A stretch of DNA of 64,000 nucleotides from Patescibacteria group bacterium (lineage in GTDB: Bacteria > Patescibacteriota > WWE3 > UBA101185 > UBA10185). Within the stretch, counting starts at the first letter, position 1. Every line of letters begins with the position of its first letter. The translations under genes were made by a program, and so were the position numbers. The DNA is taken from positions 34,984 to 98,983 of the forward strand of contig BPJL01000003.1 in the NCBI GenBank assembly GCA_026004595.1. The letters are read 5' to 3'. This document shows, piece after piece, positions 1 to 9,697 of this stretch. Under the pieces are notes generated by a model that saw only the letters and a program-made list of their open reading frames with translations, was not told the origin of the DNA and made no database searches.

Positions 1-1
1 T

Positions 2-961
2 TTTGATATATTAATAGGTACGCACGCTCTCCTTTTTTCCAAAGAAAAATACCGGGAAGTCGGTTTTGTGGTGGTAGATGAGCAGCATAGGTTTGGAGTG
101 GAGCAGAGGGGTAGGTTATTAAACCTAACCGAAGTAGATGCAACTCCCCACTTTCTTGCATTAACAGCAACCCCAATACCCAGAACTCTTGCCCTAACCC
201 TTTATGGCGACCTTTCTATATCCGTGCTGACCACACACCCCAATGAACGCAGAAAAGTAACCACCAAAGTCATACCGGAGTCGGCCCGGGATAAAGCATA
301 TAAATGGATTAGGCAGAAAAATATGTCAACATTCATTGTGTGTCCTTTAATTGAACAAAGTGAAAATATAAGCCTTGAAAATGTAAAAGCTGCCCAAGCC
401 GAGTTTGAGTCCCTAAAAAAGAAATATTTCGCAGATTTGGAGATAGGCCTACTTCACGGACGCATGAAACCAAAAGAAAAAGAGATGGTTATTGAAAGCT
501 TTAGGAAAGGGGAAATCAAAATATTGGTGTCCACTCCCGTAATTGAAGTCGGTATTGATGTTCCCGAAGCCAATATAATGGTTATTGAAAGCGCTGAAAG
601 ATACGGTTTGGCAAGTTTGCACCAGCTCAGGGGCAGGGTTGGGCGAGGTGATAAAGAAGGCTACTGCTTAGCTTTTATGAGTTCTTACAACAGGGATGCT
701 TACATGAGACTTAAGAATCTTGAGACCATCAGTAACGGCAAGGAACTAGCCGAGATAGATATGAGAACAAGGGGGCAGGGCGATATATTCGGCACGGAAC
801 AACACGGATTTAAAAGATTTAAAATAGCGGACCTTTACAATGTTAAAATGCTTGAAGAGGCGAAGCAGGAAGCGCAGGAAATTTACCCATTCTTAGATTA
901 TTACCCCGAACTAAAAGAAAAATTGACACGGGAGCACGGAGACTATATACCTAAAAACTAA
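2..961 (+). CDS. recG: ATP-dependent DNA helicase RecG, 5'-truncated by window edge
   Basis: Motifs IGTHAL, DEQHRFGV, TATPIPRTL, LHQLRGRVGR and RGQGDIFGTEQHG; frame is open from position 2. Confidence 0.95.
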   Translation, partial: FDILIGTHALLFSKEKYREVGFVVVDEQHRFGVEQRGRLLNLTEVDATPHFLALTATPIPRTLALTLYGDLSISVLTTHPNERRKVTTKVIPESARDKAYKWIRQKNMSTFIVCPLIEQSENISLENVKAAQAEFESLKKKYFADLEIGLLHGRMKPKEKEMVIESFRKGEIKILVSTPVIEVGIDVPEANIMVIESAERYGLASLHQLRGRVGRGDKEGYCLAFMSSYNRDAYMRLKNLETISNGKELAEIDMRTRGQGDIFGTEQHGFKRFKIADLYNVKMLEEAKQEAQEIYPFLDYYPELKEKLTREHGDYIPKN

Positions 962-963
962 TT

Positions 964-1518
964 ATGGAATTAAGAATAACCGCCGGTTCGGCAAAAAACA
1001 AAAAATTGAAGGTGCCTAATATTCCGGGCTATAGAGCAGTTCAAGAAGTTGCCAAATCTTCGTTATTCTCAATAATCGGGGATAAAATCTTTGATGCGGT
1101 ATGCCTAGATTTATTCGCCGGGAGTGGTAATTTGGGAATAGAAGCCTTGAGCAGAGGTGCGGCATGGTGCGACTTTGTAGATTCAAACAAAGAAAGTGTT
1201 GAGGCCATAAAGGAAAATATCGAAAACTGCGGTTTTTTTGAAAAGTCTTCTGTCTGGCTAAAAAAAGCAAACAAGTATCTTGCAGCGACCAATAATAAGT
1301 ATGATCTTATCTTCATGGATCCGTTCTACAATGATCTAGCTCAACAACACCTTCTAAATTTGATTTCGAAACATCTAAAGGATAAAGGACAGCTCATATA
1401 CCTTCACGGAACTTCACAGAATATAAAAGATATGGTAGAGAAAGCAAAATTAACTATAACCGATATAAGATCTTATGGAAATGCTTCTTTTAGTATAATT
1501 ACAACAGCAGAAAAATAG
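964..1518 (+). CDS. rsmD: 16S rRNA m2G966 methyltransferase RsmD
   Basis: LRITAG N-terminus, LDLFAGSGNLGIEALSRGA SAM motif, DPFY variant of DPPY; follows recG. Confidence 0.9.
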   Translation: MELRITAGSAKNKKLKVPNIPGYRAVQEVAKSSLFSIIGDKIFDAVCLDLFAGSGNLGIEALSRGAAWCDFVDSNKESVEAIKENIENCGFFEKSSVWLKKANKYLAATNNKYDLIFMDPFYNDLAQQHLLNLISKHLKDKGQLIYLHGTSQNIKDMVEKAKLTITDIRSYGNASFSIITTAEK

Positions 1519-1919
1519 TCATTTTTTTTATAGATCACCCACTAGCCAAGGTGGGAAGGTGCCACAAATAGAGTAAAGTTTTTTACTTTTGAACATCAAC
1601 AGTTTTCATTCCGAAACATCCAAAACACTCAAATCATAAACTCTCCGAGGCACTTTTATAAAGCCAATTGAATACCTAAGAACATTTCAAGTGGTTTATT
1701 CCTTAAATTTTTTACTAAATCTGACAAAATCCAGCCTATTTACCACATGTTTCTGACCACACAGCAACATCAAAGATCTCTTTTTGATAGTGAACTAGCA
1801 TATTAGTTGTTCGATCCCAACTAACTTATAGACCAACGAAGATCATAGATAATACAAGACTGTTTAAAACCCAAAAAGCAACTTAATTTATATCTCTTAA
1901 CAATCCGCTACAAGCGGAT

Positions 1920-1980
1920 TTGTAATATGCCTTTTTATATGTATAATCGTAAAACATCTGTTTCTATCTAAAAAGGAGAG
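1920..1980 (+). promoter_or_regulatory. Sigma70-like promoter and Shine-Dalgarno for the orphan ORF at 1986
   Basis: TTGTAA (1920-1925), 16 nt, TATAAT (1942-1947); AAGGAGAG 5 nt before ATG. Confidence 0.6.
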
Positions 1981-1985
1981 TAAAA

Positions 1986-2330
1986 ATGGAAGAGCGTATA
2001 GTAGCAAAAATTTTGGAAAGTCAAAACAAAAGGATAGAGGTATATGTCAGCCTATCCTCTGCCAGAACAGTCCTCACTATTGTAGTTTACGAAAAGGTAG
2101 ACTACGAAAAATGGCAGGAAATTGACACTCTTACCATCCACGGAGAGTTAAACCGTGGCACACCCTTCGAGTTTAGGTGGTTCGTCCAAAAATACCAACC
2201 TCGTGGGGCAGACTGGTACAGAGAAATTTTGGAATGGTGGGCACGGGTAGCTTGGGATCAGATTAGAGAGGCGATGCAGCAAGCACTGATGGAAAAGCTG
2301 AACGGCTCCAAAACAAAAAAAGCAAAGTAA
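1986..2330 (+). CDS. Hypothetical protein, 114 aa, stand-alone orphan
   Basis: Has its own promoter, strong SD and downstream terminator; no family recognised. Confidence 0.75.
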   Translation: MEERIVAKILESQNKRIEVYVSLSSARTVLTIVVYEKVDYEKWQEIDTLTIHGELNRGTPFEFRWFVQKYQPRGADWYREILEWWARVAWDQIREAMQQALMEKLNGSKTKKAK

Positions 2331-2352
2331 AACAAAGCAAAAAAACGCTTTT

Positions 2353-2394
2353 AAAGCCACTTGAACATCCAGCAAGATTCCAAGTGGCTTTTTT
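2353..2394 (+). terminator. Intrinsic terminator
   Basis: AAAGCCACTTG...CAAGTGGCTTT inverted repeat running into a T tract. Confidence 0.75.
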
Positions 2395-2447
2395 ATATCT
2401 ACACCAGATTTGACAGCACTTGAATTTACCCTTATATTTCTCGATGT

Positions 2448-2594
2448 ATGGCAGTACCAAAAAGAAGACACTCCAAATCAAGAACAAGAAAAAAACGAAA
2501 CGCTCACTATAAAAGAGAGCGTGTTCATGTTGTACAGACATCAGATAAAAAAGCATATAAAAGGCCCCATGTAGAAGAGTACATAGAACTATAA
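2448..2594 (+). CDS. rpmF: 50S ribosomal protein L32, cysteine-free; not in the supplied ORF track
   Basis: Manual translation MAVPKRRHSKSRTRKKRNAHYKRERVHVVQTSDKKAYKRPHVEEYIEL*; MAVPK-R-SKSR-R-R signature. Confidence 0.92.
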   Translation: MAVPKRRHSKSRTRKKRNAHYKRERVHVVQTSDKKAYKRPHVEEYIEL

Positions 2595-2612
2595 ATTGGA
2601 TATAATTACAAA

Positions 2613-3050
2613 ATGAAGTCTCTTTCCGATCCAAGGCACACTTCCAGAAAACTGGCTTTAAGTTCAATTTTTTGCTGGCTTTTCAATGAAGCCGACAGGG
2701 AAGAGGCTGTTCTTCTTTCGGAGGATCTTTTGGAAAGCCCGGCCGGAGAACGCGATACCGAACTAATAGAATACATATTTGAAGGGGTCAAAACCCACAT
2801 TAACGAGATAGACAAAATTATTGAAGAATGCGCGCCGGAATGGCCTATTGACAAAATAGCCAAAATTGATTTAGTAGTACTCAGAATTGCTATATTTGAG
2901 CTTGTGTTTGGCAAAAAAGCACCTGTCAAAGTAGTAGTGGACGAGGCCGTTGAACTCGCAAAAGAATTCGGAAACGACACGTCACACAAGTTTGTAAACG
3001 GAGTTCTGGGCACTGTGATAGAAAAATATTTAAAAATCAAAAATGACTAA
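2613..3050 (+). CDS. nusB: Transcription antitermination factor NusB
   Basis: RHTSRKLAL, WPIDKIAKIDLVVLRIAIFE, DEAVELAKEFG, FVNGVLG. Confidence 0.95.
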   Translation: MKSLSDPRHTSRKLALSSIFCWLFNEADREEAVLLSEDLLESPAGERDTELIEYIFEGVKTHINEIDKIIEECAPEWPIDKIAKIDLVVLRIAIFELVFGKKAPVKVVVDEAVELAKEFGNDTSHKFVNGVLGTVIEKYLKIKND

Positions 3051-3279
3051 CGAATACTTTGGAAAGATCAAAAAAATAATAGAAGAGTATACCGGAGTCC
3101 CGCCTGCCGACATACACGAAAACTCTTTTTTTGAGGAAGACTTGAATATTGGGGAGATGGATCTTCTAGAGATCCTCTCGGAGCTTGAAGAAATATACCA
3201 TGTGGATCTTATATCCGAGCAGGAAAATATTTCTACAGTACAAGACGTTATTGACATTATTAGTGAAAAAATTGATTAG
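3043..3279 (+). CDS. Acyl carrier protein-like; the phosphopantetheine Ser position is Glu
   Basis: 78-aa acidic protein with FEEDLNIGEMDLLEI..LEE and ISTVQDVID aligning to ACP DLGADSLD and TVxD; immediately upstream of rnc. Confidence 0.75.
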   Translation: MTNEYFGKIKKIIEEYTGVPPADIHENSFFEEDLNIGEMDLLEILSELEEIYHVDLISEQENISTVQDVIDIISEKID

Positions 3280-3299
3280 TCCCCGGCCGTATTTTACCC

Positions 3300-4046
3300 G
3301 TGACAGGATCGCGGGCCAAGTTCGGAATGGGCACGAAAAAAAATATAATGGCCTTCGATTTTGAAAGAGCAAAAAAAATTTTGGGCGAAGATTTATCAAA
3401 CGAGAACCTTCTCAAAACAGCCTTTACACACCGTTCTTACCTAAACGAGCATCGTGAATACCCGAACCCCTCAAATGAGAGGCTTGAGTTTCTTGGCGAT
3501 GCCGTTCTGCAATTATTATCAAGCGAATACTTGTATAAAGAATACCCCGATGCCCCAGAAGGCGACTTGACTAACTACAGATCCTCAGTTGTCTGCACCC
3601 CTTCCCTTGCAGAGGAGGCAAGAAGAATGGGATACGGAGATCTTCTTCTTCTTTCCAATGGAGAAGAAGCCACAGGTGGGCGTGAAAGGGAATACATTCT
3701 TGCCAATACTTTCGAGGCCGTACTGGGCGCCTTATACCTGGAAAAAGGGCTTGATAGATGCCGCGCTTTTTTGGAAAAAGAGTTATTCCCCAAAATAAAA
3801 GACCTGGTTGAAAACAACATATACAAAGACGCCAAATCTAAATTTCAAGAGTTGGCTCAAGAAAAATTCGGTGTTACACCGATATACCAAGTTGTTGATT
3901 CCTGGGGCCCAGACCACGAAAAAACATTTAAAATGAGCGTATTTATCGGCAAAGAAAGCTGGGGAGTCGGTGAAGGCAAAAGTAAGCAGAGGGCTGAACA
4001 AGCGGCGGCAGAAAACGCCATAAAGAGGCTCGAAAAAGAGGGATAG
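3300..4046 (+). CDS. rnc: Ribonuclease III (true start may be ATG 3327 or 3348)
   Basis: AFTHRSY, NERLEFLGDAVL signature, C-terminal dsRBD (GEGKSKQRAEQAAA). Confidence 0.97.
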   Translation: MTGSRAKFGMGTKKNIMAFDFERAKKILGEDLSNENLLKTAFTHRSYLNEHREYPNPSNERLEFLGDAVLQLLSSEYLYKEYPDAPEGDLTNYRSSVVCTPSLAEEARRMGYGDLLLLSNGEEATGGREREYILANTFEAVLGALYLEKGLDRCRAFLEKELFPKIKDLVENNIYKDAKSKFQELAQEKFGVTPIYQVVDSWGPDHEKTFKMSVFIGKESWGVGEGKSKQRAEQAAAENAIKRLEKEG

Positions 4047-4102
4047 TGTGTAATTTCAGGGTTATGGACAACGTCTTACCCATCTGTTAGAATCTACCAG
4101 TT

Positions 4103-4438
4103 ATGTCAGTCAGCATAAGATTATCGCGAACAGGAAGAAAAAACTTACCATCTTACAGGGTGGTGGTAACCCAAACCAGAACCAAAAGAGACGGCAAGGT
4201 GTTAGATATCATTGGCCATTTCAATCCCTCAAGCACCCCTATCTCATTTGAAATTGACAAGAAAAAGTTTCAAGAGTGGATAGAAAAAGGCGCCATAGCA
4301 TCAGAATCTGTAAAAAAACTGGTTGAGGGAAAGTACGAATATCTAAAGTACAAGCCAAAGAAAGAGGAGAAAAAACCTGAAGCTTCTAAAGAAATGGCAG
4401 TTGCGGGATCTGAGATACCTGCCGAAATGGCGGCCTAA
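4103..4438 (+). CDS. rpsP: 30S ribosomal protein S16
   Basis: MSVSIRLSRTGRKNLPSYRVVV...RDGKVLDIIGHFNP. Confidence 0.97.
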   Translation: MSVSIRLSRTGRKNLPSYRVVVTQTRTKRDGKVLDIIGHFNPSSTPISFEIDKKKFQEWIEKGAIASESVKKLVEGKYEYLKYKPKKEEKKPEASKEMAVAGSEIPAEMAA

Positions 4439-4444
4439 TTTATC

Positions 4445-4687
4445 ATGAAAGAGTTTATCAAATATATTGTCCAGCAAATAGTGTCCCAGCCCGACCAGGT
4501 AGAGGTGAATGAAGTGAATGAGAACGGCGTCTTTATTTACACAATATCAGCAGCAAAAGAAGATATGGGCACTCTAATCGGCAAGGAAGGAAGAAACATC
4601 AAGAGCATAAGAAACATGGCTAAAGCCAAAGCGATAAAGGACAATATAAGAATAAGTGTTAACATTAAGGAAGATGATCAAATTTAA
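4445..4687 (+). CDS. khpA: KH-domain RNA-binding protein, KhpA/YlqC family
   Basis: DMGTLIGKEGRNIKSIR KH motif; lies between rpsP and trmD. Confidence 0.88.
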   Translation: MKEFIKYIVQQIVSQPDQVEVNEVNENGVFIYTISAAKEDMGTLIGKEGRNIKSIRNMAKAKAIKDNIRISVNIKEDDQI

Positions 4688-5345
4688 CATTCTGACCTTA
4701 TTTCCCGAACTTATCCAACCCTATCTTGAACATTTGCCTCTCAAAAGAGCCGTTGAAAAAAAGTGTGCTGAATATGAGCTGTGGAATCTTAGAAAGTACG
4801 CAATGGACAAAAGGGGGACAGTTGATGACAAACCTTACGGCGGGGGAGTAGGTATGCTTTTAATGGTTGAACCTATATACACCGCCCTCTCATCCATTCA
4901 TAATGAGCCGCCGGAGCAAACTGTCAAAAAAGGCGGAACCCGAATCATACTCCTCTCACCCCGAGGTAAAAAATACACTCAAAAATACGCTGAAGAACTT
5001 TCGAAAGAACAAAACTTAACTATTATCTGCGGCAGGTACGAGGGTGTTGACGCCAGAGTAGAGGAGAATTACGTCACCGATGTTATAAGCGTGGGAGATT
5101 ACGTTTTGTCAGGAGGCGAAATTCCCGCCCTTATAATTCTCGAAAGCGTCACTAGACTTCTTCCGGGAGTGTTGGAAAAAGAAGAGGCCATATCCATAGA
5201 GTCTTTCTCCAACGGAGCAATTGAGTTCCCACAATACACAAGACCCGAAGAATTCAAGGGGAAAAAAGTTCCCGATGTTCTCCTATCAGGAAACCATAAG
5301 GAAATTGAAAAGTGGAAGAAAGAACACTCTCCCCAAATCAGCTAA
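4674..5345 (+). CDS. trmD: tRNA m1G37 methyltransferase TrmD
   Basis: ILTLFPE, VDDKPYGGGVGM, CGRYEGVDAR, SVGDYVLSGGE, PQYTRP. Confidence 0.97.
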   Translation: MIKFNILTLFPELIQPYLEHLPLKRAVEKKCAEYELWNLRKYAMDKRGTVDDKPYGGGVGMLLMVEPIYTALSSIHNEPPEQTVKKGGTRIILLSPRGKKYTQKYAEELSKEQNLTIICGRYEGVDARVEENYVTDVISVGDYVLSGGEIPALIILESVTRLLPGVLEKEEAISIESFSNGAIEFPQYTRPEEFKGKKVPDVLLSGNHKEIEKWKKEHSPQIS

Positions 5346-5346
5346 T

Positions 5347-6201
5347 TTAAAAATTGAACGACGTTTCCTCCGAAGGGGTTGGTTCTGCGGATGGTGCTTC
5401 TACAGCGCCCTCAAAAGGAGTTTCTTCGGATGGGGCAACATCTTCAACCTTAACCTCACTATTCAAAAACTCGTAATACTTGTAATCTTTTATACTGTTT
5501 ATGAAAGAAATAAAACTGGGGGATGTTACATCCAAAGTAATAGGGTCGTCAGTGACAGCCACCGATTGTACATACATGTATGGCGAGTCAACATTAACGT
5601 TTACATTTATAAGAGATCCGTCATTCTCATCTGAGGTTGCTCCAAACCTGAACGTTGTGACATAAGCTATTCTTGCAGCCCTTTCAATTTCCTGCATAAA
5701 AACAATCATTTGGTCATAAGTTCCTGTAATAGACATCGTAACGTTGACAATTCCACTAACATCTTCCTTCCTCTGCGTAGACGTTGCATCCGGATTTGTT
5801 TCGGTGGTAGCGCCCGAACCTGAATAAGAATAGTTTAAACGATCAACAGTCATTCCCGCATTTGTGGCAATCTGATGTACCTCATCCAGAAGCTGAGGCA
5901 CATTGGATTCTGAAGCATACAATCTTTCCACCATTTCTGCATCTTCCTTCAAAACAGCGTCGTAGTCTTTCATTTTCGTGAGAGCGGATGCTTTAGTATT
6001 CAACACTTCAAGAATAGCCGACTTGCTTACAAGTTCGGCCTTCATATCATTGATTTTTTTATAAGTTGGTTTTATGTAAAAGAAAAAGAGAGAGACAGTA
6101 ATTAACAGGCCAATAAGCGGAAAGACAAAGTCCAAAATAGCATCCTTAAAAGCTCCAAGTTTTATGCTCTTAATTTGTTTCTCTATAGACTCTTCGTTCA
6201 T
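5347..6201 (-). CDS. pilO: Type IV pilus assembly protein, PilO-like
   Basis: One TM helix, coiled coil, GTYDQMIVFMQEIERAARI ferredoxin-like domain; follows pilM-pilN. Confidence 0.75.
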   Translation of the reverse strand: MNEESIEKQIKSIKLGAFKDAILDFVFPLIGLLITVSLFFFYIKPTYKKINDMKAELVSKSAILEVLNTKASALTKMKDYDAVLKEDAEMVERLYASESNVPQLLDEVHQIATNAGMTVDRLNYSYSGSGATTETNPDATSTQRKEDVSGIVNVTMSITGTYDQMIVFMQEIERAARIAYVTTFRFGATSDENDGSLINVNVNVDSPYMYVQSVAVTDDPITLDVTSPSFISFINSIKDYKYYEFLNSEVKVEDVAPSEETPFEGAVEAPSAEPTPSEETSFNF

Positions 6202-6213
6202 TTTTAATTTCCT

Positions 6214-6798
6214 TTATCTCTCATTAAGTTTCAACTTTGACGAGTCGTAATTTATAACTATAAAAAACCTTACTGTGTTTTTGTTTTGATCCAGTGTTAC
6301 CGAATTTAACTTAACTTCCGTAAACAATTCTTTAAGCAATGGATCCCCGCCAGAAAATTCCTTATTCAGTAAGCTATTTATAAAATTTGCAATAAGAATG
6401 TAATTATCAGCATTGCCTGTATAATTCACCATTCCGTCTTTTACATCAACAGTTTCGGTAATTACACCCTCAGGCTGCCTTGCCTTGAGCTCGGATAAGA
6501 GGCGTGAGTAGTGAAGTCTTGAGTTTATTACGGAAATTATCGAGTTATATTTCTTGTCAAGATTTCTAAGAAGCACCTCGGTGGATGACATTGCCTTGAT
6601 TTTCGTCCTTTGGGATTCTATTTGGTTGTCAGTATCCTCAAGCTGAGCCGAAATATTAGCCGATTCTCTATACAAATAGGCCGATATCCCAAAGGCAACT
6701 ATTGTCAAAACAAGGAAAAAAATAGTTCCGCTCCTAACGGCCTTTTTCTTGACCTGATACTGAACCTCTTCCTGTGGAATAAGATTAATGTTTTCCAT
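6214..6798 (-). CDS. pilN: Type IV pilus assembly protein, PilN-like
   Basis: N-terminal INLIP motif, TM helix, coiled coil. Confidence 0.8.
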   Translation of the reverse strand: MENINLIPQEEVQYQVKKKAVRSGTIFFLVLTIVAFGISAYLYRESANISAQLEDTDNQIESQRTKIKAMSSTEVLLRNLDKKYNSIISVINSRLHYSRLLSELKARQPEGVITETVDVKDGMVNYTGNADNYILIANFINSLLNKEFSGGDPLLKELFTEVKLNSVTLDQNKNTVRFFIVINYDSSKLKLNER

Positions 6799-7830
6799 CT
6801 ATATTTCCCTCAATGCTAGACCAACAGCTGTTGAATACATCGGCCCCTCAAGATTTAAATCCTTTCTTCTTGGCTCGAGCTTAGGAGAAAAGCGAAAGTT
6901 TGCCAGTGGATTGGCTAACTGAACCTCAAAATCAACATTTTTTGCTACATAGGTTAGTAATTCAGGCATTAGGGCAGTTCCTCCTGTTAATATTAACCTC
7001 TTAATGTTAGCAGAGGTATTATGCTTTGTGAAGAAGACAGTCGCCCTGTTTACCTCAAGGATGAGATTGTCTATAACTGGGCGAATAACGTTAAATATTT
7101 TCCCTTCGGCCTGCATCGGATCCATCCCGTAAACCTTCTTGTATTCCTCGGCCTGTTGTACATCAAGATTTAGCTCCTGTTGAATCGCCCGAGTAATAAC
7201 ATCCCCACCCATGGGAATAGATCTTGTAAACCTGACGGTGCCCCCATAAGTGACAACTATTATCGTCCCGGAAAACCCCATATCCATGATTATGGTTCCC
7301 AAAGGAGCATCGGCTGAATCCCCTAAAACACGCCCTAAGGCCACGGTTTCGGGCTCTATAGCGTAAGGGACCAATTTTGCCTTTTTAGCTATCATTACAT
7401 ACCTTTCCAGAACATCTTTTTTTGCAGCAACTACTTGAACATTTATTTTATCCTTCTCTGTTAGATCAGGATCCAAACGTTGGTAAGAGAGGTTGATTTG
7501 ATCAAGGGGAAGTGGGATGTATTGCTCAGCTTCATATCTGACAGCGCTTCTAAGCTCTTTATCGCTCATCGCTGGAACTTTAATTATGCGCATGAAAACT
7601 TGGCTCTCATCCAACCCCATAACGATGTGAGAAGTACCAAAACCCATTTCCTTGAAAAAATCAGCTATGTGGCTGGCAATTTTATCAATATCTTCTTTTT
7701 GGTCTGATAGAAAATTGATCTTTGGATTCTCGTAAGTTCCAATATTAGATATAATCAACCCGTCTTTCTTTTTGTCCAATTCCACGGCTCTGAACGTGGT
7801 TCTTCCGAAGTTTAAACCAACTATGGGCAT
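6799..7830 (-). CDS. pilM: Type IV pilus assembly protein PilM
   Basis: Actin-like fold: EAEQYIPL, VAAKKD, DMGFSGT, GGDVITRAI, LTGGTA, AVGLALR. Confidence 0.92.
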   Translation of the reverse strand: MPIVGLNFGRTTFRAVELDKKKDGLIISNIGTYENPKINFLSDQKEDIDKIASHIADFFKEMGFGTSHIVMGLDESQVFMRIIKVPAMSDKELRSAVRYEAEQYIPLPLDQINLSYQRLDPDLTEKDKINVQVVAAKKDVLERYVMIAKKAKLVPYAIEPETVALGRVLGDSADAPLGTIIMDMGFSGTIIVVTYGGTVRFTRSIPMGGDVITRAIQQELNLDVQQAEEYKKVYGMDPMQAEGKIFNVIRPVIDNLILEVNRATVFFTKHNTSANIKRLILTGGTALMPELLTYVAKNVDFEVQLANPLANFRFSPKLEPRRKDLNLEGPMYSTAVGLALREI

Positions 7831-7883
7831 ACTAAGATTCTACTATCCTTTCTAGGCACAGACAAGATAATTCTTGAATAAAT

Positions 7884-8699
7884 TTAATTGTTATAACTAT
7901 TGGTAAGGTCAGATGTCTGGCTTGTTTGGAGCAAAGAATAGTCAAAAAAGGTGGGCGCCATGGGATCGGTTTTTAAAACAACCACGTTTTTCACGGTTTC
8001 GCCAGAGTAGCCGCGCGCATTAATTACAATGCCCTGCTTGGGTATAAATTGACCCACCGCCGGAACCACAAAAACACCCGCACTTTGGTAGTAGGTGCGG
8101 AGTCTTAAATACCGGGGGTTGCCGACTGCCGTTAAAGAAAAGCAGTTAGGGTAACCATGGTTAGCAGAGGCCGTATCAAACCCATTATCGTTGTGTGAGG
8201 AAGATACTGCGTTCACAGAGTATGGAGTCAATTTTAGGATCCCAGAATCCTCATATATATAAGCCGCATGAATTGATGCCGCTCCCCGCCAACAAATGTC
8301 TACCATGCTCCCCGAAGTATACCCGAGCAAACTGACCTGCCCTGCTTCGCCGGGCTCAAGATTAAGAGAGAAAGGATCGGCGCTGTTGCCGGAGTAGGTG
8401 AGTGTAGCTTCGGCCCTTACAACATTTCCGTTCGGCTCGGTTATGGAGTAAAGGCAGGCATTGGCACAGTTTCCGAAAACAATATATCCTTCAAGGGTTT
8501 CATTGGGAACTACAAGTAGGCGCTCCACTATTGCCTCAGCAGCTTTTAGTGCCTTCGCGCTGTCATCAGTTCGGATAAGACCTTTTAAAGCTCCAAGAAA
8601 GCGGTTAGAGATTGTTATGCCTACGGTTGTGGCAATGATCATAAGTAAAACTATTATTACCAGGGTCTGGCCTTTATTGTTTTTGGTGCACATTTTCAT
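7884..8699 (-). CDS. PilX-like minor pilin
   Basis: KG|QTLVIIVLL prepilin site lacking Glu5; ALKAAEA motif. Confidence 0.7.
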   Translation of the reverse strand: MKMCTKNNKGQTLVIIVLLMIIATTVGITISNRFLGALKGLIRTDDSAKALKAAEAIVERLLVVPNETLEGYIVFGNCANACLYSITEPNGNVVRAEATLTYSGNSADPFSLNLEPGEAGQVSLLGYTSGSMVDICWRGAASIHAAYIYEDSGILKLTPYSVNAVSSSHNDNGFDTASANHGYPNCFSLTAVGNPRYLRLRTYYQSAGVFVVPAVGQFIPKQGIVINARGYSGETVKNVVVLKTDPMAPTFFDYSLLQTSQTSDLTNSYNN

Positions 8700-8721
8700 T
8701 GTTTTGTAAATTTTGTCAAAA

Positions 8722-9261
8722 CTAATACGAGTTTCTAACCGTGACAGTAGTATTCACTTGAACTGTTCCAGAAAAAGTCGCTCCGGTACCGCTAGATGGT
8801 GACATTTGCATATTTATAGATACCGTTTTGGGAGTTGTATTTGAAACTGTAAAACAAAAGCTTGAGCAACTTACCGTGACACCGCCAGTGCCCGATCTAG
8901 ATGTCACATCAAATGTAGATGGACCGGGGTAAGTAATTTTCATAACACCGTTTTCAAGAAAATATGTTATCGTCGTACCGTCACTTTTTTGGATAATTAG
9001 GGTGTTAGATCCACCTGCTGGAGTCAATATATCGTTTGCGCTCCTGATTTCGCGCTCAAATTTCAATCCTAAAAAATTCGCCTGTTGTTCTAGTTCATTT
9101 TTCACTTGGGTCTTGCTGTAGCTGCGCACCAGTGAAGTCAATATGTCGTTAGTGATACCTATAGATATGCCAAGAAGCCCTATCACCACCAGTAGTTCAA
9201 CCAGCGTGAAACCGGAGTTTGAATTCATTTTATTTACAGCTTTTTTCATTTTCCCTGCCAA
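8722..9261 (-). CDS. Minor pilin, PilW/GspJ-like
   Basis: SG|FTLVELLVV class III signal; EREIRSA. Confidence 0.85.
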   Translation of the reverse strand: MAGKMKKAVNKMNSNSGFTLVELLVVIGLLGISIGITNDILTSLVRSYSKTQVKNELEQQANFLGLKFEREIRSANDILTPAGGSNTLIIQKSDGTTITYFLENGVMKITYPGPSTFDVTSRSGTGGVTVSCSSFCFTVSNTTPKTVSINMQMSPSSGTGATFSGTVQVNTTVTVRNSY

Positions 9262-9695
9262 TTAGTAAAATCAGTATAAACATAGGTAGATTTGTTTTGG
9301 CCGCCAATATTCCAAGATGCTGTGACCTTCGCATGAACCACGTCCGATGCATCCGAAGTAGCTGTTATCCCGACAGTTATGGTTGTTCCCCCAGAATAAA
9401 CTATAGCAGGGGCTGATGTGTTGAAAATTAAATTGCTACTTAAGTGGCAGTTGCCAGTACAGTTAGTTACCCCTAAAAAAGTGTTCCAATCAACTGTATC
9501 CCTATATGCCCTTAACAGCTCCATTTGCTGGTTAGCAGCCTTTGTCGCCTCCATCATAACAGTACTTTGGAGTGAGGTCCTTAAAGAAAACAACGTTAAA
9601 GAGAGTAGGGAAGTTATAACTACAACAGATATACCGAGAGCAGCAATGACCTCGACCAGTCCTATTCCTTTTTGGTTAAAATACAACCTTCTCAT
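9246..9695 (-). CDS. Minor pilin, PilV/GspI-like
   Basis: KG|IGLVEVIAAL class III signal; AANQQMELLR. Confidence 0.8.
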   Translation of the reverse strand: MRRLYFNQKGIGLVEVIAALGISVVVITSLLSLTLFSLRTSLQSTVMMEATKAANQQMELLRAYRDTVDWNTFLGVTNCTGNCHLSSNLIFNTSAPAIVYSGGTTITVGITATSDASDVVHAKVTASWNIGGQNKSTYVYTDFTNWQGK

Positions 9696-9697
9696 AC

